From a phage, in the sequence record PX104380.1: DNA of 64,000 bases; one strand, 5' to 3'. Below, in pieces: positions 9,542-21,455 of this stretch. A program made the translations under genes and the position numbers. Each line of letters starts with the position of its first letter. Position 1 is the first letter of the stretch. The notes below the pieces were generated by a model, which saw only the letters and a program-made list of their open reading frames with translations, was not told the DNA's origin and searched no databases.

Positions 9542-10038
9542 AAAGTTTTAATAACCTCTACAATATCATCTTGAGAAAGACCGTTAATTAAAATATGATG
9601 TTCAGCCGGAGATTTAGAAATTTTAAAGCATGCCTCAACATCTTCTGCCATATCCGATGCACTACGATTTGGATTACTAATTCCAAGACGATGCTTTCCA
9701 GTCAAAGGATTAACGATGATATAGCATTTGCAGCTATTGATATGAACATTAGGTTGAGTCTGATTAATGAACACTTCACAATCATACTTAGCGAGTTGAT
9801 TTTCTAAAAAGACTTTCATCTCCTCAACCGCATCAGGAAGCATATCACGGGCTTGCTCAAGACGACGATTTCGATATTCTTTAATGGTCGTTTTCCGCTT
9901 GACTTGCTTAGCTAAATCTTTCTTAAGATCGGTGATATATCCAACTCGACGATTTCCTTTAAATACAGAAATCCCATCCGTAGTATCACCGTATGCTTCA
10001 ACAACCATTTCAGTAGTAATAAGCTGCAAATCCATCAT
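9532..10038 (-). CDS. alc: Alc-like transcription termination/host transcription shutoff protein, 168 aa
   Basis: Assigned by size (~167 aa) and position between pseT block and rnlA; sequence identity not verified. Confidence 0.55.
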   Translation of the reverse strand: MMDLQLITTEMVVEAYGDTTDGISVFKGNRRVGYITDLKKDLAKQVKRKTTIKEYRNRRLEQARDMLPDAVEEMKVFLENQLAKYDCEVFINQTQPNVHINSCKCYIIVNPLTGKHRLGISNPNRSASDMAEDVEACFKISKSPAEHHILINGLSQDDIVEVIKTLCN

Positions 10039-10063
10039 AAAGTCCTCATGTTATGTCAGTAAG

Positions 10064-10096
10064 ACTACTATAACACAACACGAGGGACTTGTAAAC
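10064..10096 (-). promoter_or_regulatory. early-type promoter
   Basis: GTTTAC...TTATAGTAG upstream of alc-like ORF. Confidence 0.5.
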
Positions 10097-10099
10097 AGC

Positions 10100-11687
<1,588 letters not shown>

Positions 11688-11694
11688 AATAAAA

Positions 11695-11714
11695 TGGGCC
11701 TTGCGGCCCACTCC
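11695..11714 (-). promoter_or_regulatory. hairpin between Shine-Dalgarno and start codon of denA
   Basis: Minus sense UAA-GGAG-UGGGCC-GCAA-GGCCCA-UUUUAUU-AUG: GNRA-loop hairpin separating GGAG from AUG. Confidence 0.45.
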
Positions 11715-12893
11715 TTAAAAATATTTTTTAAAACTCATCATAACTTTATCATCAACATCATTATCAATCTGTGCAACAAGATAAGATGACAGTTCTACTT
11801 CTTGCGGCGCGGATTGAACATTATCAGAATTAAGGTATTCACGAATCCAAGGATATGGATGTTTAACCGGAGCATCGGTAATTGGACATGGAAGACCGCA
11901 CTGTTTCATACGAGATACAGTTAAGTAATCAATAAAGCTCCACATGCTATTTGTATTTAATCCAGGAACATCGCCATCTTTAAATAAATGAACTGCCCAA
12001 TCTTTTTCTTGGCGGTTAACTTCCATGAAAATATCAACTGCTTCTTGTTCACACTCTTGAGCAATTTTAACCCATTCATCACCATCAGTGCCAAGCTGAA
12101 GTTGACGAATAATATATTGAGTGCCTTTAAGGTGAAGTTGTTCATCACGTGCAATGAACTTCATAATCTTGGCATTACCTTCCATGATTTCCATGTTCTT
12201 ATGGAAGTTAAAGGTACATGCGAAAGATACATAAAAACGAATAGCTTCAAGGGCATTAATAACATGCAGACACAGATAAAGCGACTTCATTAGCTCACGC
12301 TTCCAATATGTCTCATGCTCAATAGCATCTTCAATAACGTCTTCGTCTGCATTAATTTCTTTTTGGTATTCGATATCAGCTTTAGCGTTTTCCCAATAAC
12401 GAGTTTTAATCAGAACGTCATCATAATAACGTCCAATGGATTCAGCGCGTTTCATAATAGCTTCATCTAATACAATCTCATCAAATACCTTTGACGGATC
12501 AGTATAAAGATTTCGCATAATATGAGTGTATGAACGACTGTGAATAGTTTCACTAAAAGTCCATGTAGCAACCCATGTATCAAGACTTGGGTCTGAAATT
12601 AATGACATAAGTACAGCAGATGGCGCACGACCCTGAATGCTATCCAAAAGTGATTGATACTTCAGGTTGTTAGTAAAAATATTTTGCTGGTACTGAGGAA
12701 GCTTATTAAACTGTGCAGCATCCATCATTAAGTTTACTTCTTCAGGACGCCAAAAAAATGATAAAGATTTCTCAATAAGTTCTTCAAATACTCTATGTCG
12801 TTGAATATCATATCGAGCTAAACCCAATCCAGAACCAAAAAACATCGGCTCAGTCAAAATATTAACAGGGGATGTATTAAAAACTGTACTCAT
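11715..12893 (-). CDS. nrdB: ribonucleotide reductase small subunit, 392 aa, uninterrupted
   Basis: Full-length contiguous ORF with RNR R2-like features; position between denA and mobE. Confidence 0.9.
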   Translation of the reverse strand: MSTVFNTSPVNILTEPMFFGSGLGLARYDIQRHRVFEELIEKSLSFFWRPEEVNLMMDAAQFNKLPQYQQNIFTNNLKYQSLLDSIQGRAPSAVLMSLISDPSLDTWVATWTFSETIHSRSYTHIMRNLYTDPSKVFDEIVLDEAIMKRAESIGRYYDDVLIKTRYWENAKADIEYQKEINADEDVIEDAIEHETYWKRELMKSLYLCLHVINALEAIRFYVSFACTFNFHKNMEIMEGNAKIMKFIARDEQLHLKGTQYIIRQLQLGTDGDEWVKIAQECEQEAVDIFMEVNRQEKDWAVHLFKDGDVPGLNTNSMWSFIDYLTVSRMKQCGLPCPITDAPVKHPYPWIREYLNSDNVQSAPQEVELSSYLVAQIDNDVDDKVMMSFKKYF

Positions 12894-13531
12894 TTAGAAT
12901 CCTTAAATTTACATTTATCATAATGCCATCTTAAAGCATTGCCTTTATTAACTTTCTTGCCACAATGCGGACAAGGCGGATACTCTGTACCTTGCTTAGT
13001 TCTCAAAGAAATCAAATCACGGGTTTCTTTAGTATGAGGAACATCTCTTGTCGGAGAAATTGTACCATACATCGGATTAAGCACGCCGACTTTAGCAGCA
13101 GCTATATTCTTTTTAGCTTCTTCGGTTTTAGGTTTTCTCATGCGAGCTAAATGCTCTTTGGTAAATTTCCTTCCTTTAAGAGCTCTACTTATCTTTTCTC
13201 TGGTTTCCATAGAAACTTCACGTCCTATAGCAGCTTCAGATAAACGTCGTCTACCTAATTCGTACAGTTGAGAAGAAATTTTATATGAGCGATTTTTACC
13301 AGTCAAGCACATTAAACCAAAAGCTTTCTTTAATCCTGGGGTGTCATATATTTTACATAAAAGCCAATGAGCTATAAAATGCTCTCTACCTGTTAATTCA
13401 ACTAAATTTTCTTTATCATCAGAACCTCCCATGCATTTAGGGACTATATGATGTGTCTCTTTATATTCGGATAAAGGTTCCCGAGCCTGAGCTCGGGAAA
13501 TTAGGTCATTATAGATTTTTTGATAATTCAT
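12890..13531 (-). CDS. mobE: HNH homing-endonuclease-like protein, 213 aa, between nrdA and nrdB
   Basis: HNH motif ETHHIVPKCMGGSDDKENLVELTGREHFIAHWLL; position matches recalled T4 mobE. Confidence 0.7.
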   Translation of the reverse strand: MNYQKIYNDLISRAQAREPLSEYKETHHIVPKCMGGSDDKENLVELTGREHFIAHWLLCKIYDTPGLKKAFGLMCLTGKNRSYKISSQLYELGRRRLSEAAIGREVSMETREKISRALKGRKFTKEHLARMRKPKTEEAKKNIAAAKVGVLNPMYGTISPTRDVPHTKETRDLISLRTKQGTEYPPCPHCGKKVNKGNALRWHYDKCKFKDSK

Positions 13532-15795
13532 TACAATTTACACGCTGCACAATCGTCGGCTTTAGGAGTTTCTATTTCATAATCATCAGTACCAGAACCA
13601 TCACGGGTATTATGATAATAGAAATTTTTAATGCCATAATACCATCCGTATAACATGTCATCAATCATTATTGACATTGGAACCTTTCCTTTTGGAAAAA
13701 TCTGCGGGTCATAGTATGTATTCGCCGAAGCTGATTGACAAACCCATTTCAGCATAATAGCTACCTGCGTAAGATAAGGTTTATTACCTTTCTTAGCTAA
13801 TTTCCATGTATAATCATAGAGGTCTATGTTATGCTCAATATTGGGCACGACTTGATTAAAGGAGCCCTCTTTTGATTCTTTAACAGAGACTGGTCCACGT
13901 GGAGGCTCGATACCGTTTGTACTGTTAGAAACTTGGGAAGATGACTCACATGGCATAAGTGCTGATAATGTGCTATTACGGATGCCAAAGAGCTTAAGGT
14001 CTTCCCGCAGCGACGACCAGTCACAAACGTATTTTGGAGCTGCGATTTGGTCAATCTTTTTATTGTACCAGTCGATAGGTAATTCGCCTCGAGACCAACG
14101 AGTGTCTGAATAATATTCGCAAGGTCCTTTTTCTTTGGCGAGTTTAATGGATGCTTTAATGAGTCCATACTGTAATCTCTCAAATAGTTCATGTGTTAAA
14201 TCGTTAGCATCTTCATAAGAAGCAAAGTTACTTGCCAGCCAAGCTGCATAGTTAGTAACACCTACACCGAGGTTACGACGCTTTTTAGCTTTTTCTGCTT
14301 CAGGAACTGGATATCCTTGGTAATCCAAAAGATTATCAAGAGCACGAACTTGAACTTCTGCCAATTCATTAATTTTATCTTGGTCTTGCCAATCGAAGTT
14401 ATCCAGCACAAATGCAGATAACGTGCACAATCCAATTTCAGCATCGGGGCTATTCACATCATTTGTTGGAATAGCAATTTCACAGCACAAGTTACTCTGA
14501 CGAATAGGTGCCTTTTCACGAATAAACGGAGTATAGTTATTCGTATTATCAATGAACTGTACATAAATCCTTGCTGTTCCTGAGCGTTCAGTCATGAGCA
14601 ATTCAAATAGTTCACGAGCTTTAATACGCTTTTTACGAATATTAGGGTCTTTTTCTGCTGCTTCGTATAATTCACGGAAACGGTCTTGGTCTTTAAAATA
14701 AGAATAATAAAGCTCTCCACCCATTTCATGCGGACTGAACAAAGTAATGTAGTCGTTCTTTCCAAAACGTTCCATCATTAGGTCATTCAGCTGGACGCCA
14801 TAATCCATATGACGGATACGGTTTTCTTCTACACCTTTGTTATTTTTCAAAACGAGAAGATTTTCAACTTCCAAATGCCAAATAGGATAATAAGCAGTAG
14901 CAGCGCCGCCACGAATTCCACCCTGTGAGCATGATTTAACAGCAGTCTGAAAATGTTTCCAAAAAGGAATAACACCAGTATGACGCACTTCACCCATGCC
15001 AATCTTAGAACCTTCGGCACGAATCATACCAACGTTAATACCAATTCCAGCACGTTTGGAGATATATTCAACAATTGAAGCGGAAGCCTTATTGATAGAC
15101 TTTAATGAATCACCTGCCTCAATAACAACACATGAACTAAACTGCCGAGTCGGAGTACGGCAACCAGCCATAATAGGAGTTGGTAATGAAATCTGTCGAG
15201 TAGATACTGCTTCATAAAAACGAATAACATGTTTTAATCTATCAACAGGTTCATCTTGATGCAATGCCATTCCAATAGTCATAAATGCAAACTGAGGAGT
15301 TTCATAAATTTGACCAGTGGTTTTATCTTTAACTAAATATTTTTCTTTTAATTGCATCGCCCCGGAATAAGTAAATTCCATATCCCGCTCGTGCTTAATT
15401 TTTGATTCTAAAAATGTAATTTCTTCTGCTGAATATTTTGACAATAATTCAGGGTCATATTTACCTTCATTTACACAGTAAGAAATATGGTCAATAAATG
15501 AACGCGGTTCATACTGCCCATAAACATGCTTACGAAGAGCGAACATTAGACAACGTGCAGCTACATATTGATAATCAGGCTCTTCAACCGAAATAGAATT
15601 CGCAGCGGCCTTAATGACAATAGTCTGAATATCATCAGTTGTCATTCCATCACGGAGATAAGATTTAATATTTTCATATAATTCATAAGGATCTACTGAT
15701 GTTCCCTCAGCTGCCCAAGATAAAACTTTAATAATTTTTTGTGGGTCAAAGCTCTGAGAAACACCACTACTTTTGATAACATTAATTAATTGCAT
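13531..15795 (-). CDS. nrdA: ribonucleotide reductase large subunit, 754 aa
   Basis: 754 aa with N-terminal ATP-cone and class I RNR catalytic region; ATG verified. Confidence 0.95.
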   Translation of the reverse strand: MQLINVIKSSGVSQSFDPQKIIKVLSWAAEGTSVDPYELYENIKSYLRDGMTTDDIQTIVIKAAANSISVEEPDYQYVAARCLMFALRKHVYGQYEPRSFIDHISYCVNEGKYDPELLSKYSAEEITFLESKIKHERDMEFTYSGAMQLKEKYLVKDKTTGQIYETPQFAFMTIGMALHQDEPVDRLKHVIRFYEAVSTRQISLPTPIMAGCRTPTRQFSSCVVIEAGDSLKSINKASASIVEYISKRAGIGINVGMIRAEGSKIGMGEVRHTGVIPFWKHFQTAVKSCSQGGIRGGAATAYYPIWHLEVENLLVLKNNKGVEENRIRHMDYGVQLNDLMMERFGKNDYITLFSPHEMGGELYYSYFKDQDRFRELYEAAEKDPNIRKKRIKARELFELLMTERSGTARIYVQFIDNTNNYTPFIREKAPIRQSNLCCEIAIPTNDVNSPDAEIGLCTLSAFVLDNFDWQDQDKINELAEVQVRALDNLLDYQGYPVPEAEKAKKRRNLGVGVTNYAAWLASNFASYEDANDLTHELFERLQYGLIKASIKLAKEKGPCEYYSDTRWSRGELPIDWYNKKIDQIAAPKYVCDWSSLREDLKLFGIRNSTLSALMPCESSSQVSNSTNGIEPPRGPVSVKESKEGSFNQVVPNIEHNIDLYDYTWKLAKKGNKPYLTQVAIMLKWVCQSASANTYYDPQIFPKGKVPMSIMIDDMLYGWYYGIKNFYYHNTRDGSGTDDYEIETPKADDCAACKL

Positions 15796-16112
15796 AAGTC
15801 CTCAACTTGAAAATCGTCTTTAAACAATCGGTTAACTATATGAGCTATTATATCACCATGACACGGCTTTGGTTTACATGTGCATCCTAGCCTCATTCCA
15901 CGTAAAGGCTCTAAATGTGCTTTAGTTATTTCTCCGGATTTAATTCGACGTATAAAATCTTTTTTGAATAATTCAATGGCAGCCTCCCGGCTGCCAGCAT
16001 CTTTACCGACGTAATTTCCCCAAAATGTACCACGGTGAATATTAACATCAAAGTCGGATTTGTATTTATTCACTACCCGACATAGACGGCCCGCGCGGTG
16101 ATAATTCGGCAT
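15786..16112 (-). CDS. hypothetical Cys/His-containing protein, 108 aa (position of T4 nrdA.1)
   Basis: ORF track; [11 protein letters not shown] motif; ATG verified. Confidence 0.5.
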   Translation of the reverse strand: MPNYHRAGRLCRVVNKYKSDFDVNIHRGTFWGNYVGKDAGSREAAIELFKKDFIRRIKSGEITKAHLEPLRGMRLGCTCKPKPCHGDIIAHIVNRLFKDDFQVEDLCN

Positions 16113-16329
16113 ATTGTTTTTCCGTTAAAACAGTAATATCGTAGTAACAGTCAGAAGAAGTTTTAACTGTGGAAATTTTATTATCAAAATACTCACGAGT
16201 CATTTTATGAGTATAATATTTTTTGCCATAAATGATAATAGGCTGATTTGGTCCTGGAACTTCCAGTTCACTTGGATTGGGAAGTTCAAAAAGAACAACA
16301 CCAGAAGTATCTTTAAATCGTAAAATCAT
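16066..16329 (-). CDS. hypothetical protein, ~87 aa (position of T4 nrdA.2)
   Basis: Track start 16341 is TTG; ATG at 16329 preceded by GAGGA; 3' end overlaps next gene by ~47 nt. Confidence 0.4.
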   Translation of the reverse strand: MILRFKDTSGVVLFELPNPSELEVPGPNQPIIIYGKKYYTHKMTREYFDNKISTVKTSSDCYYDITVLTEKQYAELSPRGPSMSGSE

Positions 16330-16352
16330 ATATCCTCGCAATTAAATTAAAA

Positions 16353-17213
16353 TTATACTGCCATTTTTCCTTTAATTGGCGGGTGAGATACATAGTCGTT
16401 AAGAACAAAATTATGCGGCTTTGCGAATTGACTCAACCAAAATACCTGCGATTCTGTATCCCATTCATCAAATTCATCTGGAAATTTTAATTGTAATTCG
16501 CATAAATCCATAGGTTCACGACGCAAAATTTCTTTACATTGTTCTACGTGATTCATATAGATATGAGTATTACCACCAGAAAATATCAAATCTCCCGGAA
16601 TAAGATTACACATCTTAGCTACAATATGAACTAACGTAGCATATGATGCAATATTAAATGGAAGACCGAGGAAAACATCTACCGAACGTTGATACCACTG
16701 AAGGTCAAGGTATCCATTACGAACATTAAATTGATAGAACATATGACAAGGTGGTAATGCCATCTGCTTGAGTTCAGCTGGATTCCATGCTGAAACAATT
16801 TGACGCCTATCATTTGGCAGTTTTTTAATACGATCAATAACTTCTATAATTTGGTCTACACCACCAAAATCACGCCACTGTTTTCCATAAATTGGACCAA
16901 GTTCACCGCTATGGTATCCTAAATCTTTTGCTTGATTTTCGTAATTTTCATCCCAAACTGTTTTGCCTTGGATTAACGAATCATGTTGAATTAATCGCAA
17001 ATCATTGACATTTGTGCTTCCCGATAAAAACCATATTAACTCAGCAATGCAAGCTTTCCAGGCGAGCTTTTTAGTTGTTACTGCAGGAAAACCTTTAGTT
17101 AAATCCCAGCGTAATTTAGTACCGAACAAAGCAATTGTTCCTGTGCCTGTTCGGTCATCGGTTTCATAACCATTTTCAAAAATGTCTTTAATTAAATCTT
17201 GGTATTGTTTCAT
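16353..17213 (-). CDS. td: thymidylate synthase, 286 aa, uninterrupted
   Basis: Contiguous 286-aa ORF with ThyA features (catalytic Cys region PPCHMFYQF). Confidence 0.95.
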   Translation of the reverse strand: MKQYQDLIKDIFENGYETDDRTGTGTIALFGTKLRWDLTKGFPAVTTKKLAWKACIAELIWFLSGSTNVNDLRLIQHDSLIQGKTVWDENYENQAKDLGYHSGELGPIYGKQWRDFGGVDQIIEVIDRIKKLPNDRRQIVSAWNPAELKQMALPPCHMFYQFNVRNGYLDLQWYQRSVDVFLGLPFNIASYATLVHIVAKMCNLIPGDLIFSGGNTHIYMNHVEQCKEILRREPMDLCELQLKFPDEFDEWDTESQVFWLSQFAKPHNFVLNDYVSHPPIKGKMAV

Positions 17214-17228
17214 TTAACACCTATATAA

Positions 17229-17576
17229 TCAATACGGTTTAGCATCAAATTTTCTCTCAATTTCAGGCGTGAAATATAATTCTTTACCGCGTTTGGAAAA
17301 GCGACCAATAATATGATAATTATTCTCATCAAACGTGATATTACCAATATCCATAGCTTTCAACCAAATATCGATATTTCTATCCAGCTTTATGTCAAAA
17401 TTCCAATACGGAGAACTATTACCGAAAATACTGCAAGCGGATTCAGTGAAACAACTGCTATAAATCTTATCTTTAGGAACTACTAATTGATAGACACCTT
17501 TAATAAACTGAGGACCCTGCCACTTTGGCTGTTTCTCGTCTTTTTCTAATAGAATAGGGTAATAATTAAAATTCAT
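17229..17576 (-). CDS. hypothetical protein, 115 aa, between frd and td
   Basis: ORF track; ATG verified; no recognised motif. Confidence 0.5.
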   Translation of the reverse strand: MNFNYYPILLEKDEKQPKWQGPQFIKGVYQLVVPKDKIYSSCFTESACSIFGNSSPYWNFDIKLDRNIDIWLKAMDIGNITFDENNYHIIGRFSKRGKELYFTPEIERKFDAKPY

Positions 17577-17595
17577 ATTTCCGCCACGCGTTATT

Positions 17596-18422
<827 letters not shown>

Positions 18423-18433
18423 ATTATCTCCTA

Positions 18434-18766
18434 TTAAAAAGGATCAGGAACATATCCGCTAGCTTTAATCATTTTAATTAACGTTAACATTCCTTTGTTA
18501 ACTGCTCGTGAGATTTCATCAAAAACTTCATCACTAAAAAGTTCTAACACGCCCTTCTGAACTTTTAATTTACAGCCAACAATTTCTTCATCGCCTATAG
18601 TAAATTCATTACCACCAATTCCACCGAAAAACTTAATTACACCAGTTAACTGTCTTCCACGAGAATATGGGTCGTGTGATAAAGTAATATGAGTCACCCC
18701 GAGTACAGTTTTAAATTGGCAGCGAATATTTACTTGTGAAATTCCAGTTACATGAATGTCAGACAT
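18434..18766 (-). CDS. hypothetical protein, 110 aa
   Basis: ORF track; ATG verified. Confidence 0.5.
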   Translation of the reverse strand: MSDIHVTGISQVNIRCQFKTVLGVTHITLSHDPYSRGRQLTGVIKFFGGIGGNEFTIGDEEIVGCKLKVQKGVLELFSDEVFDEISRAVNKGMLTLIKMIKASGYVPDPF

Positions 18767-18776
18767 AATATTTTCC

Positions 18777-19019
18777 TCAAATAGACTTTTTCACAATTTT
18801 CCAATCAGCTTTAAACTGATCGACGTCAGAGTGATAAATCCAAAATCCTGCGCTTTCACCGTCTTCATAAAGCGGACACCCATCACATTCATCTTCCCAT
18901 CCCATACCACGTAAAAGATGTTCAGCTTTTTCAACAAGTTCAGAATCTTTACCGATGATATTAAAATACCATTTACCTCTAACTTCTGAATCTTTGATGC
19001 TTTGGCGTTGTAATCTCAT
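18777..19019 (-). CDS. hypothetical protein, 80 aa
   Basis: ATG at 19019 preceded by AGGAGAATAAA; track extension runs through the promoter. Confidence 0.5.
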   Translation of the reverse strand: MRLQRQSIKDSEVRGKWYFNIIGKDSELVEKAEHLLRGMGWEDECDGCPLYEDGESAGFWIYHSDVDQFKADWKIVKKSI

Positions 19020-19048
19020 TTTATTCTCCTCATGTAGTTGATAGGGTA

Positions 19049-19078
19049 ATAGTATCACACTACTACCCTACCGTAAAC
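19049..19078 (-). promoter_or_regulatory. early-type promoter
   Basis: GTTTAC-N18-TACTAT plus conserved leader CTATCAACTAC upstream of ORF 18777-19019. Confidence 0.55.
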
Positions 19079-19443
19079 TACTTTTTGAAAGTTTTTCGCA
19101 AAAGTTCAATGATTTCATCTACATTGTTTTCATCTACAATGCAGTGAATTTTTGTTACGCCAGAAACCGGGTCTTTGACTTCATCTTTTTCAGAAGTCGG
19201 TTCTTTATACTCACGAAAACAATGAAATTCGTCTTCACAAACGTTAAAGTAAAAATGCTTTCCATTTGCGCATTCAATGTGTTTTATTACTCTAAATCCA
19301 TCAACAAAGAAAGCTTCTTTAACTTCAAACCATCCGCCATTTTCTTGAATAATTTTAACTATTGCTGAATTAGAACGTGGGCAATAATTAATAAATGTAT
19401 CAATAAGTCTTGGAACAAGTTCATACTTTTTACCGATATACAT
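19078..19443 (-). CDS. hypothetical Cys-containing protein, 121 aa
   Basis: ORF track; ATG verified. Confidence 0.5.
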   Translation of the reverse strand: MYIGKKYELVPRLIDTFINYCPRSNSAIVKIIQENGGWFEVKEAFFVDGFRVIKHIECANGKHFYFNVCEDEFHCFREYKEPTSEKDEVKDPVSGVTKIHCIVDENNVDEIIELLRKTFKK

Positions 19444-19487
19444 TATGTTTTCCTCATTTTAACGGGGCTGTAATAGCCCCTTGATAA

Positions 19488-19715
19488 TTATTGTTCAATC
19501 AATCCCATGTAAAATTCTGCGTCTTCAGAATCCATACCATCACAATATTCATTAGCCATAAAGCGGGTGAGGTCTTCAAGAGGACCTTCAATAACGATTT
19601 GAATACTCCAAAACTTAGAATCTTGCACGCTTGTGATACTAAGTTCAGGATAACGATTACGAATAATTTCTTCGATATATTCAAAATCAACGATGTCAAT
19701 ATCAACTTTAGCCAT
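19488..19715 (-). CDS. hypothetical acidic protein, 75 aa
   Basis: ATG at 19715 preceded by AAAGAGGAAAATAAT; track extension covers promoter. Confidence 0.45.
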   Translation of the reverse strand: MAKVDIDIVDFEYIEEIIRNRYPELSITSVQDSKFWSIQIVIEGPLEDLTRFMANEYCDGMDSEDAEFYMGLIEQ

Positions 19716-19756
19716 ATTATTTTCCTCTTTAATCATCAGCAGTATTGCCGATAGTT

Positions 19757-19788
19757 GTATAGTACCATGGAAGGACAAGGATGTAAAC
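19757..19788 (-). promoter_or_regulatory. early-type promoter
   Basis: GTTTAC...GGTACTATAC after gene 32 terminator. Confidence 0.55.
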
Positions 19789-19811
19789 CGTTTTGTGAAA
19801 AAATTTTTGAA

Positions 19812-19839
19812 ATAAAAAAAGGGGACCCTAGAGGTCCCC
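19812..19839 (-). terminator. rho-independent terminator downstream of gene 32
   Basis: Minus sense GGGGACCUCUAGGGUCCCC followed by UUUUUUUAUUU. Confidence 0.65.
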
Positions 19840-19861
19840 AATTAATTAGTAATATAATCTA

Positions 19862-20770
19862 TTAAAGGTCATTCAAAAGGTCATCTAGGTCCGTGTCATC
19901 AGCACTAGATGAACTGCCAGAGCTTGAGCTCATAAAATCATCTTCAGTTTTTGTATTGAAGTCATCAACATTGAATGCATCCAAATCATCAGCAACTTTA
20001 TCAGCTTTCTTAGCAGCAGTTGCAGCAGCACCGCCCATCACAGCAGTTCCCATAACTTGACCGAATTTAGTGCTCAGTTCTTCAAACGATTTGAATTTAT
20101 CTTTAGAAGTCATTTCAGAAAGGTCAACCATTTGTTCGAACAGTTCTTTCTGGAAAGATTCATCGTCAATGTTTGGAATCGCAGATTGATTCAGGAATTT
20201 AGATTCGTCGTAGTTACTAAAACCAGAAACTTGTTTAACTTTCAGTACAAAGTTAGCACCTTCCCACGGACAAGTTACATCAACCGGAGTTTCACCCATT
20301 TCAACATCAACTGCAATCATTGCATTGATTTTATCCCAGATTTTCTTACCGAAACGGTATTTAAATACTTTACCTTCGTTTTCTGGAGTAGCTGGGTCTT
20401 TTACAACAAGAATGTTAGCCCAGTAAGAAGTTTTGCGTTTAACAAGACTGTACTCTTTATTGTCAGTGTTGTACAGATCATTTTTACTGATGTATTGACA
20501 TACTGGGCAAGAATCGTAATCACCGTGGGTAGATGAACATGTTTCAATATACCATTTACCATTTTTCTTGAAACCGTGATTTACAAGAATTGCGAATGGT
20601 GCTTGTTCATCATTTTTAGACGGAAGAAAACGAATTACTGCTTGACCGTTACCCGCATTATCGAGTTTCAGTTTCCACTCGCCTTTATCTTCAGAAGAAA
20701 AACCACCTTTATTGCCATTCAGTTTAGCCATTTGTGCAGCGAGTTCAGCAGTAGATTTACGTTTAAACAT
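19862..20770 (-). CDS. 32: single-stranded DNA-binding protein gp32, 302 aa
   Basis: 302 aa; zinc-binding Cys/His region and acidic Ser/Asp-rich C-terminal tail; matches recalled T4 gp32. Confidence 0.95.
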   Translation of the reverse strand: MFKRKSTAELAAQMAKLNGNKGGFSSEDKGEWKLKLDNAGNGQAVIRFLPSKNDEQAPFAILVNHGFKKNGKWYIETCSSTHGDYDSCPVCQYISKNDLYNTDNKEYSLVKRKTSYWANILVVKDPATPENEGKVFKYRFGKKIWDKINAMIAVDVEMGETPVDVTCPWEGANFVLKVKQVSGFSNYDESKFLNQSAIPNIDDESFQKELFEQMVDLSEMTSKDKFKSFEELSTKFGQVMGTAVMGGAAATAAKKADKVADDLDAFNVDDFNTKTEDDFMSSSSGSSSSADDTDLDDLLNDL

Positions 20771-20824
20771 TTTATTTCCTTTTTAACTTAATTTAATTAA
20801 CAGTTGGTGCTATGACACTTTACC

Positions 20825-21454
20825 TCATAGCTGGCATAATTTGCAATACTCTGGGTCTTCGAGAGGTATCCAACCTGAGTTGAAATACTTTACCATCGAT
20901 TTAGCAGTTGTATCAGTTATATTTATATTACCTTTAACTCTTCGCCATCCAGGAGTTTTACCGTACAGATTAGAAGATAATAACACATAATTCTCGTAAG
21001 CAATATGAGATAATTTCCAAGACTCTATATTAGCTCGTGATGTTTTCCAAGGTCTAAAATCGTCACGGTTCATATAATTAGCCAATCTCATATGCTCTCT
21101 AACTTCCGGGTCTTTGGCTGGATGAGTTTCACCACTCACACCAAATCCGCCGCCAGCATATACCAGATTAAAATAGTCTGGATTATCTCTGGCATTTACT
21201 TCAAGTTGGTATTTTCGTTCTGCTTCAATAACATCCAAGCCATCATCAATTTGAATTATTTTAACGCTCGGTTTTTGAAGCATTACCGCATTCAAAAATC
21301 TTTTTTGTTTACATGAACTCCAATATTCCTTTCCGGAAGAGTCATATATTATTCCGTTCTCAAATGAGCAATTTAATTTACTACCGATATAGTAGTATGG
21401 CGGAGTCTTATTTTTGACACGGTCTTCAAATGTAAACCAATATACTATATTCAT
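20825..21454 (-). CDS. GIY-YIG homing-endonuclease-like protein (Seg-like), 209 aa, between genes 32 and 59
   Basis: N-terminal IVYWFTF...YYYIGSK...ERKYQLEVNARDNPDYFN resembles GIY-YIG catalytic core; occupies the recalled T4 segG position. Confidence 0.5.
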   Translation of the reverse strand: MNIVYWFTFEDRVKNKTPPYYYIGSKLNCSFENGIIYDSSGKEYWSSCKQKRFLNAVMLQKPSVKIIQIDDGLDVIEAERKYQLEVNARDNPDYFNLVYAGGGFGVSGETHPAKDPEVREHMRLANYMNRDDFRPWKTSRANIESWKLSHIAYENYVLLSSNLYGKTPGWRRVKGNINITDTTAKSMVKYFNSGWIPLEDPEYCKLCQL

Positions 21455-21455
21455 A

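Noticed and set aside
13824-15217. Track ORFs inside nrdA (13824-14192, 14262-14444 minus-strand other frame; 14996-15217 plus)
   Set aside because: Fully embedded in the 754-aa nrdA ORF, which has strong RNR features; no RBS or promoter context; treated as spurious.
20057-20791. Plus-strand ORFs of 159 and 71 aa opposite gene 32
   Set aside because: Antisense to gp32, one of the best-supported genes in the window; Phe/Arg-rich products typical of reverse frames in A/T-rich DNA.
21433-21450. gtaaac plus tatactatat near the Seg-like gene start, resembling the early promoter cassette
   Set aside because: The two elements are in the wrong relative order for a minus-strand promoter and lack the conserved spacing.
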